50,492 bases of DNA, filler included, from Catajapyx aquilonaris (GCA_000934665.2; 2 parts of 2 records of this genome joined end to end with filler, not necessarily neighbours in it); one strand, 5' to 3'. Counted from the first letter of the whole stretch, positions 11,214 to 23,846 are shown. Numbers and translations: made by a program. The notes: generated by a model not told the origin, from the sequence alone.

Positions 11214-11380
11214 ATAATAATGGATACCGCGTGATAGGCCTCTTAGGGGATAATCTTTTTGTGAACCGTCTTTAATCATTGCCTGCTCTGTGATGGATTT
11301 TGATTGTGGGAGGAAACGGGAGGACCCCGAGGAAACCCATGCAAACATGGAGAGAACCCATCGAAACTCTATCCACATAA
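11132..11380 (-). mobile_element. 5'-truncated SINE with V-domain-like core and (ATT)/(AAT) tail
   Basis: Minus strand TTCTCTCCATGTTTGCATGGGTTTCCTCGGGGTCCTCCCGTTTCCTCCCACAATC resembles the V-SINE core as recalled (GTTTGCGTGGGTTTCCTCCGGGTGCTCCGGTTTCCTCCCACA); ends in a microsatellite at 11132-11221. Confidence 0.7.
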
Positions 11381-11807
11381 GTATCCTGCGATAAAAAATC
11401 TATTCTCTTGCAATACTATTCTGCTGAATAAATTCCAGTGTATCGAGAGATAAAGAGCAATAAATGTGGATCAAGTAGTCTATAAAGACAATAATTGCTG
11501 AGAAGATGAGTGGGTGTAAACTGTTGTTCCATATTACATTTACCATTTAAGACAGTGTTACAATCTACCCCACCCTCTGTTACAACCACCTCTATGATGG
11601 GGTAGGTTGTAACACTCTGCCTTGCCTTGGACAAATATTTATAAATCTGTCAATTTTTAATCTTAAGATTTTATAATGTTAATTTTACATACAGGAATGT
11701 TGCCTTATTTCCACCATGTCAAAAACCTTTGCCTAAATGCTTATGTAACTGAATTAAAAAATCCTGACTAATACGTGTTACAACCAACCCCGATCTCCCT
11801 TACAATT

Positions 11808-12422
11808 TGAAGGGCTTGGGAGAAAAACGTGTTAATCACCAGTGGGAAATGCAAGAAGTTCTCGGTCTGAATTTTTTCGCAAAAACATATGAAGCATGGA
11901 AGGTGTCCTCTGGTGGGGAGTACCTTCATGAGTATTCGTGAATTTTTCCCATCCTGCACAGAGAGACAGTTGCTGGAAGTCAGCCTGTGAATGACTGAGG
12001 GTACTTGGCACCTGCTGAATTTTCATTTCCTGCAAAAATGACACAACAACTTGAACAGGGTACGACCCACGACTCGTCATCAGTGTTCAGAAAGTCGGGG
12101 TCACCGTTTGAGGAGCCCAGAATGTCCTGCAAGACTTGTAGCTCCATCGCTAGGTAGCTATGGCAAAATTGAATCTCTTGGGACTAAAGAGAGTTAACCG
12201 GCATGCGGCAGTGGGCTCACAGGCTGATTGTTAGCGACTGATGCTCTGTGCAGGCAGGAAAATATTCACTAATACTCATTAAGGTACTCCACACCTACCC
12301 ACTGAAGGACACCTCATGTGCTTCATTTGTTTCCTGGGGGGGGGGGGGGGGGGGNAAATTCAGGCAGAGAACTTTTTGCATTTCCCACTGGCAATTAACA
12401 CGTTTTTCTTCTGAGCCCTTCA
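11808..12422. mobile_element. MITE with ~165-bp imperfect terminal inverted repeats
   Basis: TGAAGGGCTTGGGAGAAAAACGTGTTAAT... versus ...ATTAACACGTTTTTCTTCTGAGCCCTTCA; exact termini and TSD uncertain. Confidence 0.75.
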
Positions 12423-12586
12423 TTTACTATGCAAGGTGACTTTTCCTTTTGACCCCGTATGTGTGGCTTGAGGTGCACATTTCCATTGCAAACCAATATG
12501 TGGAAATCTAATGTGGTCATTGCTGAGGTCCATGGACACTTAACAGTCAAAAGGACAGATTACAAAAATAAAAAGAGGTGTTTATA

Positions 12587-12759
12587 CAGAGTTGGACATT
12601 AATCAAGGCATTCGAGGCACTGGTGGCTAGCGACATTTTCGGAATCGGCAGAAGAAGGAATCGAACATAAGGATACTGCAAGCTGGGCGAGCAAGATTCC
12701 TTCTTCTGCCGCTTCAGAAAATGTCGCTAGCAGTATGCCTCGATTTATATCCAACAATG
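12587..12759. mobile_element. MITE family B, copy 2 (inverted, more diverged)
   Basis: TA-flanked; contains the GCGACATTTTC...GGCAGAAGAAGGAATC arms shared with 6617-6778. Confidence 0.85.
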
Positions 12760-13008
12760 TACCAGTATAGTGGGAAGGTTAGACAAGCAGAATTTCGGGA
12801 TACCATGTTTTGTGACAAAAATTGAGCTTCCTCTAGAGTCTAGATCATTAAGGGTGGGTTGCATGATTGATGGCAAATCCAAAGCAAGTGGTTGATCCAT
12901 GTTAGTCACAAAAGATTGATCACTTCTGGATTACTATTGATCATGCAACTGCCATATGATATTGATAAAATACAGATTCACATTGACAATATGAGATCAG
13001 GCACTCAC

Positions 13009-13175
13009 AGATAGGAATGCATGTATGAGGTCCGCCTTGACGGTGGATAAGGGTTTCCCTTTGACCAATATGGTATAGGTCTCATCTCTCTCCGTGCTCA
13101 TCAAGCTGCCAAACCAGGACTTCTTTGTCAGCTCAGGAGATGACTCAGGTGTTAGGTGTACTTCCTCTGTCGACA
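13009..13175 (-). CDS. BRSK2: BRSK/SAD kinase coding exon (AIS and start of KA1)
   Basis: cag|(V)STEEVHLTPESSPELTKKSWFGSLM...VKADLIHAFLS|gtgagt; hallmark SPEL.KKSWFG motif; phase 1 to 0. Confidence 0.96.
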
Positions 13176-13248
13176 CTGTAAAGGCATTACAAAAAGGTCA
13201 CATAACCAGTCACCAAATGAAATTCACTTTATAAATATTAATACTGAC

Positions 13249-13422
13249 CCTGCATCTTTCTCCTGTGAAACCTTGGTGACCCGAGAAAACTGTTCTTAAT
13301 GGTGTTGAGCCTAGTGCGCCAGTGGTGCACCGAATGAGGGCTGCCAGGAGGTGTAGGTGCACTCAGGCCATCCTCGTTGTTTGTCTGCTGCTGTCCAGTG
13401 CTGGCACCACTCCCACCCCCAC
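13249..13422 (-). CDS. BRSK2: BRSK/SAD kinase coding exon
   Basis: cag|...[26 protein letters not shown]|gtcagt; conserved BRSK motif; phase 1 to 1. Confidence 0.96.
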
Positions 13423-14283
13423 CTGAAACATAATACAAAAGACCTGCCTTTACCGTATTGGGTACCCTTTATGCTTCCAGAAACACAAAAAAACCACAAC
13501 ACAGTACCAAAAACACAGCTTGTAAATATGTAACACCATAATGATTAACATCTTTCTTTCACCCCCATGTAGTCTCCACCCTTCCTCTCTACACTGCCAG
13601 TCAATCACAAGGTTGGTCCCCATTAACACTAGCTGGACTGCTGTAACATATGCAGATACACCCATGAAATTACACCTTGTATATTCTTTCGGTAGATCCA
13701 GCTTTTTCTGATATGAAGTAAAGATGTTTTGTGTGCAGCTTTTTTGTTATGGTGGCACTGAAAAAGTACATATTCCAATAACAAGTTTCAAAAGTAAGTC
13801 AACATATTTTGCTGATATCAGCATTCATTGTCCCTTGATTTTGAGAATCCTGCAAAAAAAAAAGATTGTTGACCTTCACTTCTTGATTTTGCCATGGAGA
13901 GCTACCCCCAAATCTTGTCTGTGTGCCCTAGCTAAAAATTCATGTGATGGGACTATTTTAAATTTCAGGTGTCAAAGTATGACGCATAATGTTAAAAAAA
14001 AATAATAACAGAAAATACTGACAGAAATGACTCGTTTCTACTGCATTGGTGCAGCTGTCTGAAATGAACACCACATTGAGACAGTGCTTGTCCACTGATA
14101 TTCAGACTGTTATGGCTTTGCAGATCAGCCTCAGCAGAGGACTTTTAATGAAGATTTGACAATTACAATGCCCCATAAATGAGCCAAAACCTACAGTCCA
14201 GAGTGTGTTAAGGATAGATTCAAACATAATCCACCAGCCCCACACACTACAACAAACAAAACAGGTGGTGTAAATTCTCTTAC

Positions 14284-14669
14284 CTGAAAGCATCCTATGG
14301 GACACCTTCGGGCTGGGTGCAGGTGACCCAATTGGTGTGCTGCTCCCACTACTCCCCCCTCCTCTCTCCACACCACTTCCACCGATTCCCCCTCCATGGT
14401 GGTGGTGCGGAGAATGGTTGGAAGATAGGCTGGGTCTCCGATGCCTCATATGCAGCTGTTTTCTTGGAGTTACTGGAGAACCCTCACTGATTTGGTCATA
14501 TTGGTAATAGGGTGACGTCCCATTGGCCTTGTAGGTGTCCACCCTCTTGCGTGGTGGATCAGTTGCCTCAGTACGTCCACGAATTATCAGATCAGTATCA
14601 TCCTCAAAGGAGGGCTTGCGCTTCTTGCGGTCCAGGAGCAGGAAATATATCACCTTCTCGGTGTTATGA
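14284..14669 (-). CDS. BRSK2: BRSK/SAD kinase coding exon (end of UBA and linker)
   Basis: tag|T HNTEKVIYFLLLDRK...DPPRKRVD...MLS G|gtaaga; phase 2 to 1. Confidence 0.94.
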
Positions 14670-15752
14670 CTACAGAAAAAAGGAATGAAATGCATATTCA
14701 TGCAAAATTGCCAGTCATCACATATCTAGTTTGGCTCCAAATAATTAAAAAAGCAATCGAAAGCTTGAAAAAATACATGTGAATTGACCCTCAAGAAGCA
14801 TGTTCAGTGATCATTAGAAGCTAACAACAAAGCCAAAGTTACCAGTCCAGAGACACTTCAGAAGGTAGCAGTGACATTCTAAGTGATCAACATGAGTGAT
14901 TTTTACCTTGCACTGTGCAGACAGCCATTGGGAACAGCACAAAATACCTAATTGTGATTTGATTAGACTGCACATTAGAATCGGCACCCTCAACATACTA
15001 TTTCAGCAACTTTTCCACAATTATTGCTCATGAATAGAATGTTTTTCTTCTCCTAAATAATGTATAACACCTGATAAACTATTTTTGTAAAATGAAATCA
15101 ATACCTTCCCCTTGTGTAAATTGAACAATCAGAGTAATACTATGATAGCATAGGCACAGCAGATGCCCAGATCTTTCTCCATGTCTCATTGCATTCTGAT
15201 TGGTTGCCCTCTTCCACCAACCCATAACAATTCACATATTTAGGTCTATGATTGGTCATTGCCTGTCCAACAGGTCCCTAGTTGACATTGGAAATAACCC
15301 ATACTCATTGGGCCATTTACAAAAAAAAAAAACTAAAATATGCACAGAAAAAAGGTATGTCTTGTGTCTCCATGCCATCATAGACTGTGGCAAGACACAA
15401 AAAGTTATGTTATGAATTCAGCAATGGAGATTTCTGCTGCCAAAAAAGGACGTCTGCCTAAGGAAAGTAGTCTCATGAGGTTTCAGCTTTCCCCAACACT
15501 CGTCAAATGTTCTACAATTAGTTGTTAAAGAAACAGGGTTTTCCCAATTAGGCCTCGCCACAATTCATTATGAATATACAAGAAATAGCCTTCTATCATC
15601 TCATATCATGGTCTAAAGTGCTTCATGGCCCCAAGTCAGCTCAAGATCATTTCCTAAGTGAACTATCTACAATGTTGGCATCATCCCCCCATTTTTTACT
15701 ATCACATGCACTAGATTTGAATTAAATTTAGGGGATTGATCAAAATAATGTA

Positions 15753-15830
15753 CAGTCGGCACGGAAAAGGTAAGGACACATTGACGGTTCCAGAATCCTC
15801 AATGTGTCCTTACCTTTTCCGTGCCGACTG
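15753..15830. mobile_element. 78-bp miniature palindromic MITE (32-bp perfect arms)
   Basis: TA|CAGTCGGCACGGAAAAGGTAAGGACACATTGA, 14-nt spacer, TCAATGTGTCCTTACCTTTTCCGTGCCGACTG|TC (right-hand TA mutated). Confidence 0.8.
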
Positions 15831-15936
15831 TCCTTCCCTTACATGAACGTTTCTTCATCGCCATATGACAACAAGCAATGTTTGGCAGCAAAAAAATTGC
15901 ACACTCTAGGAGTAAAAAAAAAAATTACGTCCGTAC

Positions 15937-16136
15937 TTGGGACTGAGCAGGTCTTGAATGAGCTTCTCCCTGTCCTTGAAGCATCCAAGGCTGGAAATAG
16001 CCTGGAGTACATCAGGATCCATAGCCTCCAGAGTTGGGATCACATGGGTTTGCACCACCTCCATCATGGGCAGCTCCAGTTCCAGTTCACCTTTGCCTCC
16101 AGCAGTCACCCAAGGATGCCGGTTGATCTCGGACAA
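15937..16136 (-). CDS. BRSK2: BRSK/SAD kinase coding exon (kinase end and UBA)
   Basis: cag|LSEINRHPWV...DPDVLQAISSLGCFKDREKLIQDLLSP AA|gtacgg; phase 0 to 2. Confidence 0.96.
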
Positions 16137-16153
16137 CTGAAAAAAATATGGTA

Positions 16154-16746
16154 CAGTAAAACGTCTATAAGTCGAACTTCCCTAAGTCGAAGTTCTCTAT
16201 AAGTCGAAGAAAATAATGAGCTTGGTTGGTCTCAATGTAAAATAATAGGAAATAAACTTCCCTAACTCGAAATTCTATAACTCGAAGTTCTCCATAACTC
16301 GACATGCTGGCAGGGCCTTACGATGGGATATCAATGCATTTTCAGTCGATGTTCATGTTGGCGAGTACGGAAAATTTTCTAATTTCCCAGCCGAAGGGTC
16401 GAGAGTAGGCCACATGCACAGAAAGGCTCAATTTCCTGATTTCCGTCTACCAGACGTACCGAAGGAAGTGTTTGACTCGATTGTAACAATTGAATCCTTG
16501 AATCTACAGTAAGAGTATACAGAGTAAGAGTAAGAGTCCATAACGGAGTTTTTTTTTAACACCAAATCAACGAGGAACATTGTAAGTGTGATAGTGACCT
16601 AGTTATTTTTCAGTTTTGAACACCTTTCGTCGCTGGACATGAAGGTAGGCTTCCTTATAGAGTTCTGTGCTTTAAAAAACCCTAACTTCTCTAACTCAAA
16701 GTTTTTTTCCAGTCCCATGGAGATTCGACTTATAGAAGTTTTACTG
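16154..16746. mobile_element. pogo/Tigger-like MITE, family C, copy 1
   Basis: TA|CAGTAAAACGTCTATAAGTCGAA...TTCGACTTATAGAAGTTTTACTG|TA with subterminal TAAGTCGAA/TAACTCGAA repeats; second copy at 25971. Confidence 0.92.
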
Positions 16747-16793
16747 TATGTCATACATAAAGTTCAACCAACTACCACGAATATAAACCTCAC

Positions 16794-17313
<520 letters not shown>

Positions 17314-17507
17314 TTATAGTTAGTGTGAAAAATGCATCATATACCAAACAACACCAAGTATGTTTAGGGTTGCATGAAAGAAAAATCTCTTTCAACATCA
17401 TCTTTCCATATAAAAATGCGTGCTACCATTGAAGATCATATATATTGTCGCCTACAACTTAGCTCAAAAAAGCAAACGTCAAGAGCTAGACCTGAATATA
17501 CGGAGTA

Positions 17508-18305
17508 CACTGTACTCCCGATTATCTGGGTGTGGATTATCCGTGCATAATCAAAAAATTAAGTTAGAAATAAAAGTCCAAAAAAATGTCAATAACCGAA
17601 GCAGGTTGGTGGAGTGGATAAGGCGTCCGACTTCTAATCGGGAGGTCCTGGGTTCGAGTCCCGGAGCCGGCGATCCTGACCGTGGTTTTCTGTGGTTTCC
17701 CACGGTCCTCCCAGGAAAATTCCGGGGTCGCTTCCGTAAATAATAGGCCACAGCCTTCCTTTCCTATCCTTGACCCATCCATGGGGAGGTGCGGTGTCGG
17801 TGGGATGTTTCTGACCCGTACCTAGGGGGTTGTCTTGCAACCTGACCCCCTGGGTCCCCCACGACCCCCAACATAAAGACAACGCACTTGCACCAGTGTC
17901 CCCTCCTCACAAATCCCTAACCTGATCCCTGCACCGGGGAGAAAAAAAATTTGTAAGAAAAAATTCGTATGAAAAAATGGTGGTATTCCAGCCCCCTAAG
18001 GGAGCCAATGGCTCCAGCACAGGGTAGCAAATAAATAATAATAAAATAAGCCCAAAAAAATGTCAATATGTCTCAAACATAAATATATAACAGACTTTTT
18101 CCAGAAGACAAACTAAAAATGTGTGGTAAGTTTTATTATTTTGATTAAATCTTATTTAAAGCAGCATACACTACAGTATGTCCAGTAGTACATTACAAGC
18201 CTCTGAACTTTTATGGTGTCTAGGACCATTTTCGGCTTATCCGTGTTTTCTGATTATCCAGCGACACCCGTGCATTCTTTACACCGGATAATCAGGAGTA
18301 CAGTG
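17508..18305. mobile_element. TA-flanked MITE (pogo/Tigger-like) interrupted by a SINE
   Basis: TA|CACTGTACTCCCGATTATCTGG ... CCGGATAATCAGGAGTACAGTG|TA. Confidence 0.85.
17595..18051 (+). mobile_element. Full-length tRNA-derived SINE with 17-bp TSD
   Basis: A-box TGGTGGAGTGG near 17607, B-box GGTTCGAGTCC at 17651-17661, A-rich (AAAT/AAT) tail, direct repeat CCAAAAAAATGTCAATA at 17578-17594 and 18052-18068. Confidence 0.92.
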
Positions 18306-18524
18306 TATTTGAAAAATATGACATCAGCATGATACCACTAGTTGAGGACACCATTCTGAATCAAGAAGTCCTCTGGCCTTTTGTCATAAAAATTATGCCT
18401 AACATGCAAAATCTAGGCAACAACTTGGATTTAGTGATTCGTCCAGACATAATGACCAATAAGGCCTGAGAAAAGCCTCCCGGACTCCTTTTGACCCATT
18501 ATTACATATCATTATGCCCTAGTT

Positions 18525-19046
18525 CAGAGATATTCAACTGGCGGACCGCGACGCAATTTTGTCCGGACCGCGACAATATACAGGACAGTTTGAAATAGCA
18601 TGATAAATTACTAATTCATGATTTTTTTTTTGGAAAAAGTGCTACCAATTTCATCAAATACACACCTATTCAAATCTCCCACATCTCACCTAAGCTCGTG
18701 TGACCTTGAACCCCCCAAAAAAATTCTCCTGCGGAGGGCTCGCTCCCCGCCCTTTACGGCTTGTTCACCTTGTACTTACGAAATGGGCCCCCCTGCGAAA
18801 TTCTTTTGCCTACGCCCCTGTACAGGACATCATAAAGGGCGCGTCTTAATATCCCCTGTCTTGATAGGCCCTTCTACCCTTGCTGCACATGTTTCTATTT
18901 TCGAATATGAACCCTGTGGTACCATATAAAATCTATATATTTTTATCCGGGAGGAGGGGGGGNGGGGGGGGGGGTGTGTTCCGGACCTTCAATGGCCCAG
19001 GAAAGGTAAATACTGGACCTTGTCAGAAACCAGTTGAATACCCCTG
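18525..19046. mobile_element. Non-autonomous hAT element
   Basis: TIRs CAGAGATATTCAACTGG / CCAGTTGAATACCCCTG; 8-bp TSD CCCTAGTT at 18517-18524 and 19047-19054. Confidence 0.9.
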
Positions 19047-19220
19047 CCCTAGTTGTATGAATTAAAACACAGCAATAGAATGCAATAAATAATGGTATTT
19101 CCATTTTAGGTACTAATTGCATCCTCATGATAATGATTAGCATGTGGCTTGTGGTCTTCAGCTCAAGTTAAGCAAGAATGCCTGACCTGGCTTAGTTCTG
19201 TCAAGTCATATTTATGCATA

Positions 19221-20379
19221 CACTCCAGCTCATTAATTTCAATACACCAGCTGAATACTATTCATTTAACCCTGTGTTTGACTCCACACAACTCCTAGGG
19301 TGATGATTCGAAAACATTCTGTTTGATATTGTTCGAAACGGTTCGAAAGCTTGCTTTAATCCACGTCATGATATGTGCGAGTTGTTCTCCTATCTTCATT
19401 CTGTGATTGTTTATCCTAAAAAGAATGTGGAAAGGTGTCATTTTTTTGACGGCTAGTTTCCAATGTATGTAACTGATACTTACGAGAGGCCAAAAACATC
19501 CCTGTGAAGCCTAGATAGTACAAATGTTTCTCATCTAATCATATATTTGAAACTTAGAAATCATCATTTGTGTAATCATAGTTATGTATATTGCATGCCT
19601 CTGCTATGTCGGCTATTTCTTCTGAATTATCAATACTTTGAAATTGTCCCGATATGTTTGTGATTTTTTTTTTTTTTGCATGACCTCATTGGGATATTAT
19701 CATATCCTTTAGGGGGGTGGATTACCATCATCGTAAATTGGAGCCATGTAAGAAGATCTTAATTAATTACTCCAGGGTAGGTACGAGGGGATGTGCAAAG
19801 TGCAAGTGCAATGTCTCTAATGGTCATTTTGTGAGCTCCCCCGGGTGGCTTAGTCTGTCGGAAATTGCCACCCGAAATGAAGCCAGAGATGGCCCAACTC
19901 TGCACGGATAAAGGTGGGAACCCCGGGTGGGGATCAAACCTGGGACCTTAATATCGTTTAATACACAAGTACCCAGGTTCCTTTTTGGTGGGAACATAGT
20001 ATTGATGATTTGGAAGAAATGGCCGAGATAGCAGAGGCGTGTAATATACTTAACTATGATTACACAAATGATGATTTTAAAGTCTCAAATATATGATTAG
20101 ATAGAGAAACATTTGTACTATTTTTTTTGGCCTCCCATAAGCATCAGTTAAATATGTTGGAAACTAGCAAAAAAAATGACACCTTTCCGCATTATTTTTA
20201 AGATAAAAAATCAGAGTGAAGATAGGAGAACAACTCACACATATCCTGACGTGGATTAAAACAAGCTCTCGAACAATATATGACATGATGTTTTCGGATC
20301 ATCAGTTGTTGTTTCCTGTCAAATATAGCGTCAAATGGATAGTATTCAGGTGGTGTATTGAAATTAATGAGCGGGGGTG
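19221..20379. mobile_element. Old TA-flanked element with ~400-bp degenerate inverted arms (Tc1/mariner-like)
   Basis: TA|CACTCCAGCTCATTAATTTCAATACACCA ... TGGTGTATTGAAATTAATGAGCGGGGGTG|TA; internal arm matches such as GTTGTTCTCCTATCTTCA / TGAAGATAGGAGAACAAC. Confidence 0.85.
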
Positions 20380-20835
20380 TATTTAATGCAAAACTATATG
20401 AAAAAGAGCAAAGAGTCTGTTTCTAATTTCTATAACAATTGTCATTAACTTCCCAGTTACGGTGGTTATGTCATGGGGTGAATTACTGACTGTGAGTGCA
20501 GCAAGGGAAAGGTGGGATACCCACACACCTCCAACAAGCTGGCCAGAAAAAGCTATGACTGGAGTGATGGTTCTCCTAGTCAAATGATAGAATGCATACC
20601 CTGTCAGTTGGAACCACCAGAAGTAGTTACTGGTGGTGTAAGTGGTATAAAAATTTTTAGCAAAGGGGAAAAAAATGCCAAACATGCCCTAAATCCTGTT
20701 TCTTCTGTGACCCAGTGGAGTGTCTTAAAATTCAAGCATTTACTGCTGTCCTACCAAAAAACAAGCAAATCTGCATATGGGGATAAGGTCTTGATTTACT
20801 CAAGCTGTCTGATCAACACACTGTATTGCCATGTA

Positions 20836-20992
20836 CAGTATTGGTCATAAATCGAGGCAACTGCCAGCGACATTTTCCGAAGAGGCAGAAGAATCTTGCT
20901 CGCCCGGCTTGTAAGTATGCTTATCTTCGATTCCTTCTTCTGCCGCTTCGGAAAATGTCGCTGGCAGTTGCCTCAATTTATGACCAACACTG
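20836..20992. mobile_element. MITE family B, copy 3
   Basis: TA|CAGTATTGGTCATAAATCGAGGCAAC...TATGACCAACACTG|TA; closely similar to 6617-6778. Confidence 0.92.
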
Positions 20993-21249
20993 TACAGATG
21001 CAGTTTGTTAGGGTAAAATGGAACAATAATGAATACAAAATGCTATGGCCAGAACAGTCTGGACCATGAAATTTGAACACCACTTCATCCAAGTCACCAA
21101 CCACATGCTCAGGTTTTTGCTTTTTTGTCCTCCCCTCTCAAAGTAAGCAAAATGTATACACGCTCTTGAATTAACATGCTGCATTCAAAGGTCACTAACC
21201 ACTTTTTAAACACAGCGACCAAGTCAAAAAATAAAAATGCAAATTTTTA

Positions 21250-21423
<174 letters not shown>

Positions 21424-21945
21424 TCACAAAGTGCCCTCCCCATGCACAAAATAGCAAAACAACACACATTTCACCCAATTTCCTCTGGGAAAATTATGGT
21501 TTGAAAAAAGGTAATTGAGAAAAAATGTCATATCGTGAACATGTCACTGTTACATCAAGATAAATTTGCCCAGTAAAAATGGGAGACAAAATCATTTTTA
21601 AAAGAAGCACATACAAAATCATGAGCCAAATTCTCAAAATAACAACCATCTTCACATTACCAAAGCCAATAAAAATCAGTAAATTTGAAAACCATACATA
21701 ACTCATTTATCACATTAGATTCTTCATAAATAAATAGGACAGGCAGTACATCTGCAACTTCTTTATTTGTATGTGACGGTATGCTCTAAACAGCAATGAA
21801 ATATGACTAAGAGCTGGATTTAACTTGGTTCATATCTTATTTCATCGCAACTGAATGGCATTATATTATCAACTACATTGAAAAATGCATCTGCATTACA
21901 AAATAAGTACAGGGGAACTTCTACCATTCACAATCCTCAAGAGAC

Positions 21946-22560
21946 CATCATCATCATCATTTATTTCACCTCCCTGTCTTCACATACAGGGAGGGACCTC
22001 TCAGTACATTACAGTAAAGCACATAAACTCCTTTGGGCACCATGGTACATCACATTGTTTTATATCCTTAGTCTAATTAACAATTATGGATCCAATCAGC
22101 AATATATGAAAAAAACAAAAAAAGAGCCTGAAGCTGAACATCTGAAGGGTTCGACACTGCTCTAAACAGGTTTTCTCTGTTAAATTCAGGAAATTCCCAT
22201 CTGACTCTCCCTCTGCCCCCCTCGAACAGTCTACATTCCCACCACAAGTGGAACCAGTCACCTTTATTCCCCCTATAGCATAGGCTGCATTGTTCTTCCG
22301 GATTGATATTAATTTTCCTATCACCACCCAAAGGCATCCACCGTGCCTCAAGCCGTACACATGCTAGGACTCGTGTTAAATTTATTGGGCGAATTGCCTT
22401 AATATAATGTGCCGCCCTATAACCAGATGTATCATATAAACCCAATTTATTACAGTTGGTTTTTGACTTTTTTAACTTTTCGATATCGTTCACAATCTCA
22501 ATGTCCTTCATGGTTTGTTCCAGACAGGCCCTTTTCCTCAAGAGACCAGAAAGTGTCATG
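21946..22560 (-). mobile_element. 5'-truncated non-LTR retrotransposon (LINE) 3' end
   Basis: ORF 22077-22559 ends with the CCHC-type knuckle CSLC...FHLWWEC typical of LINE ORF2 C-termini, followed by a short UTR, AATAAA and an (ATG)n tail at 21946-21960. Confidence 0.8.
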
Positions 22561-23050
22561 ATAGATGTTAATTAGGAAGGAATGGAATGTCACAATAGGA
22601 TGATGTCACCTTCTCGTGCATAGCATATGAGGCGGTACATGGCTCTCTCAAGATGTAACTCGGGTTTGTAGGTCTCGGACACTTCAGCCCCATCTTGTGC
22701 ATGAATCGAGAGCGAAACCAATGGTGCCAGATCCATTAATTTTCACCTAGGGCTCTATTTTTAAACCCCCACCCAAAGAGTGCACGATCGAGCGGGAGAC
22801 AAAGGGTTTAAGAAATGACACTTGTACCGTCCATTTCAATCCATCAACCATGAGAGTCCTTTTCCTACATCTATGCTGATTTTCTCTTCGAATATGCAAC
22901 TAAACAGATACTAATGATTGAAACACTTCACTAGGGATTTGTACTTTGATTTACAAGCAAAAAGTTTCAACTGTGGATTTGCACTAATTGCACTACAATT
23001 TAGACATGGACTGTAGAAGGCTCCATTGCAAGTCAGATGTCTAGAAATTT

Positions 23051-23209
23051 TGGTCCCGGGTCTAATACCTACGTAAAAAAATACGAACAGGATAAAATAC
23101 CGACGGGAAAAAAAGTGAAAAGGTATATTTTCTTTGTATATTTTCGGTAATAGAGCTGTCGGAAATTTATTCTGTCTGTATTATGTCTTTCGGTATTACG
23201 TACCATACC
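23051..23209. mobile_element. Mutator-like MITE
   Basis: 10-bp direct repeat CTAGAAATTT at 23041-23050 and 23210-23219 flanks a degenerate palindrome with periodic AATACC/GGTATT motifs. Confidence 0.65.
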
Positions 23210-23760
23210 CTAGAAATTTATGGGCAGTAGCAGCAATATCGTGCAAGTGTCATTCAGAAGTTGGAGATATTATGAGTGGAAAAGCTGGCCAGTACATAAG
23301 GCCTCCCTTAAATCTGGCAAATTATCATGGAGGATGAAAACTATTAAGCATGACATCACAAATTACTGTTATCAGTTCCAGTAATGACGACTCTCAATGT
23401 AGGACAGCAGTTAGAGTATTTTCATTTCCATTATTTCCATCAGACCAACCAATTTTGTTATTTTGTTTGACTTATAGAGAACCTTCACAAGTTCAAGAGG
23501 TAGAAGTTCCACTGCATTCAAGCATGTTGTTAATATTCAGATTACACCTGATTCACATTGCCAGAGCTACGGTTATTAGTTAGGTTTCTTTTTACATCAC
23601 AAAAATTAGTTGAAATTTGCTAACACACATGATCACTACAAATATCTCAATTAGCTACTTGCAATTACTATAAACCCAGGTAAGAAACAAACCACAAAAC
23701 ACTGCTACATAATGGAAAAAGAAAACAATCCACAACATCCAATTTTAAATGGTTACTTAC

Positions 23761-23846
23761 AAATACTTCTTATTCTCATACACATCAAAAAGCCCGAGCA
23801 CATGAGGATGCTCAATTAGTTTCATGATTGCAATTTCCCTTTCCAC
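23761..23846 (-). CDS. BRSK2: BRSK/SAD kinase coding exon
   Basis: cag|[30 protein letters not shown]|gtaagt; phase 0 to 2. Confidence 0.97.

Larger units (their letters stand above)
10096..11800. mobile_element. Non-autonomous DNA transposon hosting two nested insertions
   Basis: TA|AGGGAGATCGGGGTCGGTTGTAACA ... TGTTACAACCAACCCCGATCTCCCT|TA; internal repeats of the GTTGTAAC motif near 11002, 11027, 11579 and 11606. Confidence 0.85.

Noticed and set aside
16160..16305. Regularly spaced TAAGTCGAA/TAACTCGAA repeats resembling a CRISPR or iteron array
   Set aside because: Subterminal repeats of a pogo-like MITE; too short, irregularly spaced, eukaryotic context, no cas genes.
17601..17672. Possible tRNA-Arg(TCT) gene
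   Set aside because: Acceptor stem pairs poorly, no oligo-T terminator follows, and it continues into a SINE body with tail and TSD.
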